Assembly (NCBI RefSeq): GCF_006345805.1
Contig: NW_021835457.1
Location: forward strand, 74,945-138,944
Source of the DNA: Octopus sinensis
Lineage: Eukaryota
Direction: 5' to 3'
Length of the DNA: 64,000 nt
Below, piece by piece: positions 39,127 to 52,339 of this stretch. A program made the translations under genes and the position numbers. Each line of letters starts with the position of its first letter. Position 1 is the stretch's first letter. Below the pieces are notes generated by a model, which was not told the DNA's origin, did no database searches, and was given only the letters and a program-made list of their open reading frames with translations.

Positions 39127-39404
39127 ATGTCTTTTTCTGTCGAATTAAGAGAAGTAAATCCTAGGGCTCTCCTGATGGAGATTTAAATGCAAGCGAGAGA
39201 CAATTGGATCTGGGGTTGGGCGGACCCACTAGAAAAGCTGTTTGCGACCCTACAGATGCTGGAAATATGCCAACAAATTTGCACTCTGTCAATGCAATCG
39301 TTGGTGAAGCCGATTGTGCTTCTGAAAATTCACCGATTTCCCAAATTGAGGGAGCTATAGAAGAACAGTCGATAAGGATCAAGGGACGCTGTATTATATT
39401 TTGA
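39127..39404 (+). CDS. Small CaaX peptide copy 4 (~92 aa, needs a +1 correction near 39163)
   Basis: MSFSVELREVNP.GSPDGDLNASERQLDLGLGGPTRKAVCDPTDAGNMPTNLHSVNAIVGEADCASENSPISQIEGAIEEQSIRIKGRCIIF*. Confidence 0.55.
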
Positions 39405-41511
39405 ATCGGTTAAAAATAATCGCTCTTATTTTTACTAATGGCTCTTGTTCTTACTAATAATTCTTGTTTTAACGGTTTTCCATTTTAAAAGTATTTTGTT
39501 ATTTTTGGTTAAAATATTTCCGGTATTTTGGATTGCATTGTTATAAAATTTCTAATTAGAATTAATTTTTTATTAAAATTATTATTATTCAACAAAGACC
39601 ACCGTCTAAAAACACAAAATAACTAATCAGGTGATTCCAGCTTCTCTAAGGAAGGTCGTCATTTTTCCCTAACGTTCTTCACAATATCTTTAGAGATGCG
39701 GCGGGTGTGTCATTTGGTATTTAATCTCCCTATTTTTTCGCAAGATCTCCTAAAAGCGGCAATATTTAGTTGTTCGTTTGATCCTTCTAGAGTTTTGCAA
39801 ATTCTTGATTGAATTTTCGAACTCGAATCCACCATTTCTCTAATTTTTCTTGTTGTAGATAAATGCCTTGCATACAAGGTGAATTTTATAACATTTACAT
39901 TAGGTTTTGATTGAATTAAACCAAATTTAAATAATATTTCTACCACGGAATACAACGTCGTTTTTGCAACCACTGGATCAGGGTAAAATTAAATCGTAAA
40001 AATGAAATTTTAATTCTCTTAAATTTTTAAATATTATTTAGAATATTGAAGCTGGAATAAGTCAGTATATTGCATACAAAAAATTAAACTTAAAAGATGC
40101 AATATTATTCAAACATTATGCATCGAACATTAATAGTTCCTAAATATTCAATGCTTCACACACCAAAATGAATTTAAAACATTGAAAGTATAAATTATAA
40201 AAATTTGACAAAATTTTGACAACTTTGCAAGTACCGAATACTTGGATTCAAATTTATTCAACATAAAGCTAGATTCGTCCAGTAATCCTTTACAATCCCA
40301 ACTTTAATAAGATTAAAAAATTAATTTACAACTTTATCCCCTATGGCAGGGTCGGTAAATACTTTTGGTAAAGTGCCAATTTTGAATAATTTTGGAAATT
40401 TCGAAAAATTGAAGAGGCTACTTCTACACTTGTCCAAATCAAAAATTCAAACTCATAAAATTAAATAGACATTCATTTAAAAAATAATTAAGAATTCATT
40501 AAAAAATAAAATTAATTAGCCTCATTTCTTTGGTAGTTTCTAATCTCTGAGTCGTAACTCGTTAATGTTAACCTGAGGTTAAACTTCAGATTCGAATCTG
40601 TAATTTTGTTTCTTAATTTCGATTTTATATAATTCATGTACGAAAAACTTTGTTCACACATATAAGTGGACCCAAATATTGTCAATTTTTTTAATTAGAA
40701 CTTGTAATATTCTTGAAGATATTTTTTTACAATTCAGATATTTAATTAGCAGACATTTATAAAAAGAATCTGAAAGAAAATTCCACTTTTTGAAAATCAA
40801 ATCTTCAATTTTCTTTAGTATAAAATCAATATCACTTTTAATTTTACTGAATCATTTTATGTTCCAAGGTTTCAAGTTCTTCTGAAAGGCGAATTAACTT
40901 TGATACCCATAATTCCTTACATGTCAAGTCCATTAGCTGCATTTCGAACTCAACTGCTTTAATTTCAAGTGGCAATAAATTTAAAGTGCTGACTTAGCAC
41001 ATAGAGGGTTTATAACGAATGATAGAGTTACCTTTTATTTTCTAAAATCCTTAAACATTTTAATATTTAAACGTTCATTTTGAAAATGTCAAACGTTTGC
41101 GCAGATAGTGCTTATTGGTGGATAATAAAATGTAGAGTAATCACTTCGTGGTCAATTCTCTTTTTAATTAGCGTTATAAATCCCTTTCTCGATCCCAGTA
41201 TGCGTGCAGCAACGATTTTATTAAGAGAAATAAAATTCGTTTCAAAATATTTTACGACTGCGCCAACAAGATATTCACCACGAATTTGACACTTTAAAGC
41301 CAATAATGCCAAAACTTATTGCCTCAGGAAACCTCGACACACATAACGAACAAACAAAAACACCTAAGTATGACATTAACAATGTCATTTATATCACATG
41401 ATTCATCTACTGCAAATGAATTAGCCAATTTCATGTCAGAAACTTGTTGAACAGACACATTCGAAGACACCTTAAAAGTCCTGTAGGCTACTATTTTTGC
41501 AGATAAAGTTA

Positions 41512-43729
41512 CACTAAAGTCTTTCGAATCCGCAAATTTCGAGGATCGGAAAAATCTGGCGGATTTGAGAGACTTATGGATTTTTTAATCCATTAAAAAT
41601 TTAAATTATTAAGCCAAAAAAATTAATTAAAACCAAAATAATCAGTAAGTTTCGACTTTTTCTTTTTCGAGATTGAAGATCCAATGTTTTCAATATACTC
41701 AAGATTTTCTATATTAAAAAATTCTTCTACGAAAATAATTTTTTTGCAAGCATTAATTGTGCCTGTCAACCCCACTCGGCCGATTGGCTTGACGCTTTGC
41801 CGATTTCCTCTGCTGGAATGTTCCTGGACAACGAATCCGTCCTCATTGGTTTGTGTCTACGCCTTGGGATCGAGATGTGCCAGTCACATCAGTGCAAATG
41901 CGGAAAAGCCATTGACAGGAGAGGGCTACACCCCCTCTCTTGTCGCCTCAGTGCCGGCCGTATACCCAGACATGCCACCTTGAACGATATTGTTGAGCGC
42001 GCGCTCACCGCCGCCGGATTCCCTTCGGTCCTGGAGCTGGTTGGGTTAGACCGTGGTGACGGAAAACGTCCCGATGGATCCACGCTATTCCCGTTCAAGC
42101 GGGGACTCGCTCTCGTTTGGGACGTGACCTGTGTCGACTCGTTTTACTCGTCATCTCTCATCGACTCCGCGTCCCGCCCTGGCTCAGCTTCCGCAGATGC
42201 CGAAGCGAAAAAAATCGCAAAGTACGCCTCATCGGAGAACACCTGCCTTTTCGTCCCCCTGGCTTTCGAGACGAGTGGGATAATCGGCCCGAAAGCCCTG
42301 GAGTTCCTTTCAGAAATCGGTTTGATGATCTCGAGGAAAAGTCACGAGAGACGTGAGTCTAGCTGGGTTTTTCAGCGCATTTCGCTCGCGATATTGCGCG
42401 GAAACTGCCTATCTATTCGCGCGTCCTCTCAATCAAAGAATTAGCATCATAAATTCACTTAATTAACACTCGAACTTGTTTTGTTAAAAAAATTCTTCTT
42501 GATTACAGAACTGAGGCCAGTTTTCATCCTGGGGTCAATTCTCCTTATCGTTCCCCTGCCCGTGAGGCAACAAGTAATTCTGGCACGACACAGTTGGAAA
42601 TGGGGATCTCTTACCTTCCTTCCGGTCTTAGCGTGGCGTTATGGGGTCCACCATGTCAGTTGGAAAATTCCAACCGGATATGGCAACGCTCAGGAGGCAC
42701 TTAATGCCTACCGAAAAAGGACTTCTAGATCTCAGACCCTGGGACATCGTCGTCTCAGGCCGATCATGCGGGCAGGATCGAACCTTTCAGTAGGATCTCC
42801 CTCGTTTGGATCGGCGATCACGGGGATTATTATAATTAACTGGCTTACCCGTCTTTGGTCTTTAATAAATAAAAAAAATAAATAAAAACTCTTTTAATTT
42901 GTTTAAAGCGATAAAAGCCTCGTTAATAGTAACAACTTTCTGACTTTGTTCACACGGTTCTTCGCTAATTTCTTGTTCTATTTTTTTCTGAATTATTTAA
43001 TTCAAGTTCTTCACTTTCGTTATATTCAATCTTAATATAAAGACTCTCTTCTAATGGATCAATAATATCTATTTTTTCCAGAATATGATCATAATTTTCA
43101 ATTAAGGGATTTTCATAATTAATATTTTCATTGTTTTGAGTCAATTTTGCATGAGTGAAACAATTTAAAATTAAGGAACTTTCTATTTTGTTCCAAGCAT
43201 AATTAATATGTGAATAATATTGAATCTTTTATGCTTAGTTGTTTGTATGAAACATAGGGGTTTGTCCCAGCTTCAATTTTTTTAATTATATTAAAAAATT
43301 TTAGAGAATTGAAGTTACATTTATACGATTTAATTATACCCTGATCCATGGGCTGTAAAAAAGATGTTGTATTAGGTGGTAGAAATAACATCTCAATATG
43401 TTTTAATTCAATGTAAATTTCATGAAATTCACCTTATGTGCAGGAGATTTTAAACAAGTAAAATTTTTCTATCTTGTTAGTAAAGATAATTCATCATTTG
43501 TTTGAATAAACTTCAAAATCTAAATTTTTGATTGTTCTTAGGTCTGGTACAGTTACGTTTCATTAATACAACAACAAAGACAGATGTAACGTGTTAATAA
43601 ATTGATTATTTATAAATAAATTTAATTCAAAAATTATTTAAAATTAGGACACATGGCGGATTCATTATAAAAAAATGGCGGATAAGAGAATTTATTAGTT
43701 ATAATTGGCGGATTCGAGAGACTTTACTG
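41512..43729 (-). mobile_element. pogo/Tigger element nested in the hAT element
   Basis: Ends CACTAAAGTCTTTCGAATCCGC / GCGGATTCGAGAGACTTTACTG; DDE motif FLPPNTTSFLQPMDQGIIKSYK. Confidence 0.8.
41762..42444 (+). mobile_element. CRE-clade LINE 3' end (zinc finger plus restriction-like endonuclease), 5'-truncated
   Basis: LRLG...CKCG...GLHPLSC...RHATLND, KRPDG, WDVTCVD, AFETSG. Confidence 0.85.
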
Positions 43730-45977
43730 TCATTATCTTATTCACGATTTCTGCCTTATTTGAAAAATCGTTAAAAAGTTCTTCACAGGTTGTTCTGAAT
43801 TAGATGTGAATGCAAGATACAGTCCATTTTGATTGAAAATGTCGGGCATTATAGATTTTTTTTGTTTTATTTCTAGGCACATATAATGTACCACCAAAAA
43901 TTCATGTTAAATATGTAAACATTTTTTTATTAACAAAATAATTATTAATAAAGAAAAAATTAACAAAAAAATTAAAAATGAAAAAGCCAATTTTAACCAA
44001 AGTTTGAAATACATGCTATATCGTATAAGCAAAATTTAAGAGTAAATATGTAAACTTTTAAATATTTTTACAAAAATCATATATAAAAACAAATAAACAG
44101 TTATAAAAACAATAAAATTGAAGAGCCTACTTAAGACTCAAAGAGCCATCAAAGGCTCGCAAGCCCGCTTTGCCGACCCTACTCTATGGCATAATTGCAT
44201 TTATTACAATGCACGCACATTGGAAAACGAGTGCATCGTTATATTGTAGGAATAAACCGAATATTAAATTCAACTTTGGCCTACAAAAGCAAAACTGAGA
44301 TAATTATAATCATAAAATCGACTATAAACGTCAATAACTTATAGAATACATTTTTTACTTTTAATTAAAGTTTTTAAAACTTTTCAGATCAATAAGGTCA
44401 ATTTTATCTAACACATTCGGACCAGAAACGATAAAGTAATTAGTTTCATTCAAGTTCTAATTCAGTAATAAAACAGATTAACTTTAGGTGAAACAAAAAC
44501 TCATATACATCGCACTCTGAAATGAATTTTCTTATGACCTCACTTTTCACGACAAAGTAATGTCGGTGACAGAGAAATTCAATTTTGTTGACGCCTCTGT
44601 GAGACATCAAATGTAGTGAACAAGCCTACATCTCTGCCAGACAGTCCGGATGAATTACTATGATTTCAATTTTCCCATTCAAATAAAGTCTTTACTTATC
44701 ATTTTTGACAAAAATGGGAAGATTTTTAGGCTAACAGTCGTCGACCTCGGGCATTCATAACCTTCGGGAATACCCAGATTAACTCTTCGTTAATTTGATT
44801 GTATTCTGTAATATTTATGACGTAACGTTTAAACCCAGACATAATCAAGTGTCGGAAAACACGGTGTTGAAATTAATACACTTTTGGTTAGACCATTTTT
44901 AAAGAGATAATTCAATTGCAATTTTTAATTAAAATATTGATTTATCTACGTTCTTCCATATATCAATTGCTATATACAACATTCAATATTTTTTATACAG
45001 TTGCCACAAATACACGTAAATAGACAGGCTGCCCATAACGACATGGTTGCCCATATCATAATATTTCGTGAATTTAATTGAGAAACCAGCAACAATGAAT
45101 TTATCAAACTCAAATTAATAGTCAAAAATTGTAAAAATCACTTATTCGTATTAATGTTGGAGTTAGTTTTAAAAATAGATACAAAACATTAACAGTTTTC
45201 ATTCCCATAAGTTTATTTAAGTTCAAATCAATGGTTTTTTGTCGACAGTTCTTTATCCTCATTAATATTTTTTCGACTATCTGATCCCAATCTGAATTTT
45301 TTAACTAAAATAATTTTTAAAAAATACTTTTGATTATTATTTCCTTGTAATTTGGGTGTTTAATATATTTTAATGTTAGTATGGGTAAAAAATTCATAGT
45401 TATTTTCTTATGAAAACATACAAAATTATTTTTTTGTAAATGTGGCGAATTCGAGAGGATTTTTTAATCGACTTTTTAAACTATTTTCTTATAAAACTGA
45501 AAAATTTAATTTTTTGTTAATGTGCCAGATTCGATAATTTCTGTAGGAAATGTGTATTTTTATTCAAAAAATGACCGATTCGAGAGATTTTACAGTACGT
45601 ACTCAAATTTAAAGTTTTTGCTAGCTGTGAAATCGGTAATTCCATGTAGAATGGCGACGTTTTTTGCTTTTAAAAAGAATTGTTGTCCATAAATCCGCCA
45701 CGAAGTTCCAGCCATGTCATAACTTTTGTACCAATAGTTGAATATGTTAGATTGAATAGGCGCTTTTTGCGTGCGAAAAGAGGATCACTATCAAATATTT
45801 TTGTAGAAATTTTCAATTTTTTGAAAAAATGTGGCAAGCAATAGAGGTTTGACTTGTGTTCGTAAAAAATTCGTTAGCGTGGATTATTTTACGTTGCAAT
45901 GGGTAATTTTAGGGTTCCAACTCTTTTTGTTTATAAATTCGTAAAAGCTTTCGATAATAAATTTTGTTAATTATATA

Positions 45978-46566
45978 TGTCGCGAGCGCAGCGAACGACC
46001 ACTCAATTTCTAGATCCGATCAATCAAAAAATCTATAAATTGACAAATACCCAGGCTTGTATTTGGGATTAAATATATTCGATAACAAAAATTAAAATCG
46101 ATGCCAAAGCAGAATGAGCTTTAAAACCGATTTCATAAATAAAAATAATATTTTAAAATGTATAATTGATATTTTAGAATAATGAGAAAAAATCTAAATG
46201 CTTCATAATTTATAAAAATGTCAAAACAAGAATCTTCTGAAGGAGCAAGCCTGTCTGCACAGTTCATTTTTGATTAGAAGACCTAATTTTAGAGATTAAA
46301 ACGAAAAAATAGCAATGAGATCTGTCAAATTATTACCCCCCTCACAACCTAAACCAATTAGCGTTCAGTATTCATTGATTTTACTTTTTCTATTAAGGTC
46401 TACTTATAAATTATTTTATGGATTCAATGGAAAACTTAAGTTATTTCAATTTTAATTTTAAATCATGTTAAAATTTTAAATAATTTAATAAATATATTTG
46501 TTGATGATAGGCTTGTTAGGTGTCAAAGTCGCGTCTAGCGCTCGGTCGCGCGCTGCGCTCGCGACA
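45978..46566. mobile_element. MITE with TGT...ACA ends (copy A)
   Basis: TIR TGTCGCGAGCGCAGCG / CGCTGCGCTCGCGACA, ATATA flanks. Confidence 0.7.
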
Positions 46567-46957
46567 ATATATTTAGATTTTAATGAGTTTTATTCCGCTT
46601 TTTGTAATTATATTTCTTCATTTCGAGTTAACTACGAACGGAACTCTTAACGGAACGCGTCAAAATCAAATTATCCAAATAAAACAATTTGAATTGAAAA
46701 ATAATGTTCTTTTCTAGAAAAAATAAAACATGATGATTGGCTATTTGATTTTATATTTGCAATAAAAATTTTTAACGCCAAGAAAACAGAGTAAGGCGAT
46801 GTAAAAATAATACCAGGAAAAATTAAGGAATACAAAAACTTGCCAGTCACATAGAAGACATACTACAGGGAAAATGACTAGCAGCTATCGCTCTTAAAAG
46901 ACTAAAAAACGCACGTCGAACTGAAAAAATAAACTTTTTTGAACTTTGCATGAACAG

Positions 46958-47769
46958 TTATGAACGTTCGACAACGGGATATGCCATTCCCATCAACTCC
47001 CTGAGGAACCCCCTTATCCCGTCCACAGCCTGGCCAAAGTGTCGATCTTAATTAGACTAATATAACTACTCATGTTGTATTCTCGTGCGTCGATTGCAGT
47101 CTGTACTAGAACATCGCATATTCCCGCAAAGAAGTGCTGTCTTATATCCATTCGCCCTGCTCTTTCCGCGACCACTGCCAAATCGCGGACAAATTCAAAA
47201 ACCCACGTGATTGGATAACCAAAACGACGTGAAATCTTAAATAATGTCCCAAACATACAAAGAAAAAGGCAGCAACTGTCTGTGCCACTTCAATGACCAG
47301 GCCTTCCAGCAAATCACTCTCCAACTTGTTTCGGGTTATGGAATTTCCTGCAAAATTAAGCAGGCAGGCCACGTTTTCTGGAAGCCATTCGAAAGGGAAA
47401 ACTAATTTTGGAGAATGTGCCAATACCTATCAATTCTTGGACAAGATCGTTGATTTGAGGCACAGTTCTGTGCTCGGAAAGACATTTGAGGACTCGGGCG
47501 AGAAGGGAAAAATGTTCGCCTGCTTGGCCGACATTTTCAGCAGTACTTTCGACCATTTCATACCACAAAATATTAGCTAAACTGATCAAAATAAACCTAC
47601 ATTTATAGACAGGTCCAAATATAAGGTAAAGAAGACGAGCTTGTTTACTTGTACTCAGTTTTTGACTGATTAGACCAAACCAGAAGGACTTTCGAATAAT
47701 TGACTCGGTTTGTCCAAAAAACAAACAAGACAGTAAAAGTCTTAGTTTAATTTGTTCGTCCAAGGACAT
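46958..47769 (-). pseudogene. 5'-truncated FBXO47 duplicate lacking the F-box, with a junction-derived ATG
   Basis: Near-identical to the 3' half of FBXO47; begins MSLDEQIKLRLL. Confidence 0.7.
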
Positions 47770-49389
47770 TTTTTACTTTTAATTAAAGTTTTTAAAACTT
47801 TTCAGATCAATAAGGTCAATTTTATCTAACACATTCGGACCAGAAACGATAAAGTAATTAGTTTCATTCAAGTTCTAATTCAGTAATAAAACAGATTAAC
47901 TTTAGGTGAAACAAAAACTCATATACATCGCACTCTGAAATGAATTTTCTTATGACCTCACTTTTCACGACAAAGTAATGTCGGTGACAGAGAAATTCAA
48001 TTTTGTTGACGCCTCTGTGAGACATCAAATGTAGTGAACAAGCCTACATCTCTGCCAGACGTCCGGATGAATTACTATGATTTCAATTTTCCCATTCAAA
48101 AAAGTCTTTACTTATCATTTTTGACAAAAATGGGAAGATTTTTAGGCTAACAGTCGTCGACCTCGGGCATTCATAACCTTCGGGAATACCCAGATTAACT
48201 CTTCGTTAATTTGATTGTATTCTGTAATATTTATGACGTAACGTTTAAACCCAGACATAATCAAGTGTCGGAAAACACGGTGTTGAAATTAATACACTTT
48301 TGGTTAGACCATTTTTAAAGAGATAATTCAATTGCAATTTTTAATTAAAATTATTGATTTATCTACGTTCTTCCATATATCAATTGCTATATACAACATT
48401 CAATATTTTTTATACAGTTGCCACAAATACACGTAAATAGACAGGCTGCCCATAACGACATGGTTGCCCATATCATAATATTTCGTGAATTTAATTGAGA
48501 AACCAGCAACAATGAATTTATCAAACTCAAATTAATAGTCAAAAATTGTAAAAATCACTTATTCGTATTAATGTTGGAGTTAGTTTTAAAAATAGATACA
48601 AAACATTAACAGTTTTCATTCCCATAAGTTTATTTAAGTTCAAATCAATGGTTTTTTGTCGACAGTTCTTTATCCTCATTATAATTTTTTCGACTATCTG
48701 ATCCCAATCTGAATTTTTTAACTAAAATAATTTTTAAAAAATACTTTTGATTATTATTTCCTTGTAATTTGGGTGTTTAATATATTTTAATGTTAGTATG
48801 GGTAAAAATTCATAGTTTTTTCTTATGAAAACATACAAAATTATTTTTTTGTAAATGTGGCGAATTCGAGAGGGTTTTTTAATCGACTTTTTAAACTATT
48901 TTCTTATAAAACTGAAAAATTTAATTTTTTGTTAATGTGCCAGATTCGATAATTTCTGTAGGAAATGTGTATTTTATTCAAAAAATGACCGATTCGAGAG
49001 ATTTTACACTAAGTACTCAAATTTAAAGTTTTTGCTAGCCTTGAAATCGGTAATTCCATGTAGAATGGCGACGTTTTTTGCTTTTAAAAAGAATTTTTGT
49101 CCATAAATCCGCCATGAAGTTCCAGCCATGTCATAACTTTTGTACCAATAGTTGAATATATTAAATTGAATAGGCGCTTTTTGCGTGCGAAAAGAAGATC
49201 ACTATCAAGTATTTTTTTAGAAATTTTCAATTTTTTGAAAAAATGTGGCAAGCAATAGAGGTTTGACTGCGTTCGTAAAAAATTCGTTAACGTGGATTAT
49301 TTTACGTTGCAATGGGTAATTTTAGGGTTCCAACTCTTTTTGTTATAAATTCGTAAAAGCTTTCGATAATAAATTTTTTTAATTATATA

Positions 49390-49976
49390 TGTCGCGAGCG
49401 CAGCGAACGACCACTCAATTTCTAGATCCGATCAATCAAAAAATCTATAAATTGACAAATACCCAGGCTTGTATTTGGGATTAAATATATTCGATAACAA
49501 ATTAAAATCGATGCCAAAGCAGAATGAGCTTTAAAACCGATTTCATAAATAAAAATAATATTTTAAAATGTATAATTGATATTTTAGAATAATGAGAAAA
49601 AATCTAAATGCTTCATAATTTTAAAAATGTCAAAACAAGAATCTTCTGAAGGAGCAAGCCTGTCTGCACAGTTCATTTTTGATTAGAAGACCTAATTTTA
49701 GAGATTAAAACGAAAAAATAGCAATGAGATCTGTCAATTATTACCCCCCTCACAACCTAAACCAAATTAGCGTTCAGTATTCATTGATTTTACTTTTTCT
49801 ATTAAGGTCTACTTATAAATTATTTTATGGGATTCAATGGAAAACTTAAGTTATTTCAATTTTAATTTTAAATCATGTTAAAATTTTAAATAATTTAATA
49901 AATATATTTGTTGATGATAGGCTTGTTAGGTGTCAAAGTCGCGTCTAGCGCTCGGTCGCGCGCTGCGCTCGCGACA
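49390..49976. mobile_element. MITE with TGT...ACA ends (copy B)
   Basis: Duplicate of 45978-46566. Confidence 0.7.
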
Positions 49977-50366
49977 ATATATTTAGATTTTAATGAGTTT
50001 TATTCCGCTTTTTGTAATTATATTTCTTCATTTCGAGTTAACTACGAACGGAACTCTTAACGGAACGCGTCAAAATCAAATTATCCAAATAAAACAATTT
50101 GAATTGAAAAATAATGTTCTTTTCTAGAAAAAATAAAACATGATGATTGGCTATTTGATTTTATATTTGCAATAAAATTTTTAACGCCAAGAAAACAGAG
50201 TAAGGCGATGTAAAAATAATACCAGGAAAAATTAAGGAATACAAAAACTTGCCAGTCACATAGAAGACATACTACAGGGAAAATGACTAGCAGCTATCGC
50301 TCTTAAAAGACTAAAAAACGCACGTCGAACTGAAAAAAATAACTTTTTTGAACTTTGCATGAACAG

Positions 50367-51827
50367 TTATGAACGTTCGACAACGGGATATGCCATTCCC
50401 ATCAACTCCCTGAGGAACCCCCTTATCCCGTCCACAGCCTGGCCAAAGTGTCGATCTTAATTAGACTAATATAACTACTCATGTTGTATTCTCGTGCGTC
50501 GATTGCAGTCTGTACTAGAACATCGCATATTCCCGCAAAGAAGTGCTGTCTTATATCCATTCGCCCTGCTCTTTCCGCGACCACTGCCAAATCGCGGACA
50601 AATTCAAAAACCCACGTGATTGGATAACCAAAACGACGTGAAATCTTAAATAATGTCCCAAACATACAAAGAAAAAGGCAGCAACTGTCTGTGCCACTTC
50701 AATGACCAGGCCTTCCAGCAAATCACTCTCCAACTTGTTTCGGGTTATGGAATTTCCTGCAAAATTAAGCAGGCAGGCCACGTTTTCTGGAAGCCATTCG
50801 AAAGGAAAACTAATTTGGAGAATGTGCCAATACCTATCAATTCTTGGACAAGATCGTTGATTTGAGGCACAGTTCTGTGCTCGGAAAGACATTTGAGGAC
50901 TCGGGCGAGAAGGGAAAAATGTTCGCCTGCTTGGCCGACATTTTCAGCAGTACTTTCGACCATTTCATACCACAAAATATTAGCTAAACTGATCAAAATA
51001 AACCTACATTTATAGACAGGTCCAAATATAAGGTAAAGAAGACGAGCTTGTTTACTTGTACTCAGTTTTTGACTGATTAGACCAAACCAGAAGGACTTTC
51101 GAATAATTGACTCGGTTTGTCCAAAAAACAAACAAGACAGTAAAAGTCTTAGTTTAATTTGTTCGTCCAAGGACTGGTCAAAGTCGACTGGGATTAAATT
51201 GAGTGCCAAATACGTTCTATTTTGGCGAGTATTTTATGTAGGTGGTGAAATATCACACCGTCAGAGAGAAGAGAGTTCCCCAACAGAGTCAGGGCTTCCT
51301 CACTCCACCCGATTGAGAATATGTGCAGAAAAAGTCCGATATTTGCTATATCTCGGTCGTTTGTGGAGATGTGGGCGGAAATGTTCTATTTTTAGTTGAT
51401 GGGAATACTTTGCACAACATTTCTTGGATTATTTTTATTTTATCTTTCATTTTCCACAAAAGAGTGAGTTTTCGGTAGAAAATGGCGCTGTTTTTAATCT
51501 CTCCTCGATTAAATGACCCCACAACAAACTGTTCAGGAGAAAATAACAATTTTTGACCGTGTTTTTGCATATGGGTGACCATTTTGTTATTAATGCAGGA
51601 TGTGAGTGAAAATTCACCCAAAATAATGCCTGAAATTGTCACGTTTTATAATTACTGTCGAATGTGGCCAGCATTGAGAATTTTATTTCCTGTGGAAGGG
51701 AATCAAATTCAAAAGCATCATCTGAGAGTTTAATTCTTTTTTGATCAGATTTTAAGTCTTTTGGTATTAGTCTATCTGAACGGAGCTGTTTTTTTATTTG
51801 ATAAAAATCTTCCAATTTTGACTGCAT
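50367..51827 (-). CDS. FBXO47: F-box only protein 47 (meiotic F-box protein, PROM-1 family)
   Basis: F-box FDSLPQEIKFSML; FYRKLTLLWKMKDKIK, QARLLYLIFGP, ILWYEM, EWLPENVACLLNFAGNSI match FBXO47 (FKRCTLLLPTKERLK, QARLLYIIFGP, EWLLENNARLLMLSGNNI). Confidence 0.85.
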
Positions 51828-52339
51828 AATGAAAAGTTAATTTTTTTGCCGCTTTAGAAAAAATAATTTATTTAAATTTAATTAAAAATAACAGTAGACA
51901 TAAATTATTATAAAAAATAAATAAGTATTTTATTCTAAAGACCAAAACTGTCAGAAGTAAGTCTTTTAAATACCTGTTGGAGGAAAAACTTAAAACTGCG
52001 TTACTTTGGTGCTATGATGCTCAGTGCTTTTTGGATCAACTTATATTTGTGAACAGTCATGTTTACTTTTAGCAAAACAAAACGAAAAACCACATCAATA
52101 TTGTCAGATTTGCATTTAATGTACTTAAATATACTAAACAAATCTTTTCCTTAATCTCTTCGGTTGAACGAATCAACTGATATCTCTAATTGTAGTCAAC
52201 TCATTGTACTAGTGAGGTATTTTTATGATTGTGCATTGAAAGAAGATTTTTTTGTGAAGAATTAAAAATGATCACAAATTGAATAGATTTCTTTAATATT
52301 GCTAAAGATTTTTGTATGAAATATGATTCAAGGTACATA

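Larger units (their letters stand above)
35050..39490 (+). repeat. Tandem array of ~0.83-kb units (4 copies, one interrupted by Tc1), each with a small CaaX-terminated ORF
   Basis: Homologous stop codons at 35376, 36204, 37026 and 39404; units 1-3 nearly identical, unit 4 more diverged. Confidence 0.9.
40347..44181 (-). mobile_element. hAT (SPIN/Buster-like) element with nested insertions
   Basis: TIRs CAGGGTCGGTAAA / TTTGCCGACCCTA; 8-bp TSD CCCTATGG / CTCTATGG; minus-strand IFGSTYMCEQSFSYMNYIKSKLRNKITD. Confidence 0.8.
44349..51174. repeat. Tandem segmental duplication, ~3.41-kb unit (44349-47765 and 47766-51174)
   Basis: Near-identical sequence throughout, with scattered substitutions and homopolymer indels; AC microhomology at the junction. 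Confidence 0.95.

Noticed and set aside
35124-39382. Minus-strand ORFs in the array (e.g. 35124-35354, 36783-37004, 39161-39382)
   Set aside because: Antisense shadows with no ATG and non-conserved ends; the plus strand has the conserved CaaX and stop.
39600-44880. Possible minus-strand host gene split by the hAT element
   Set aside because: Short open stretches with stops and no recognisable family.
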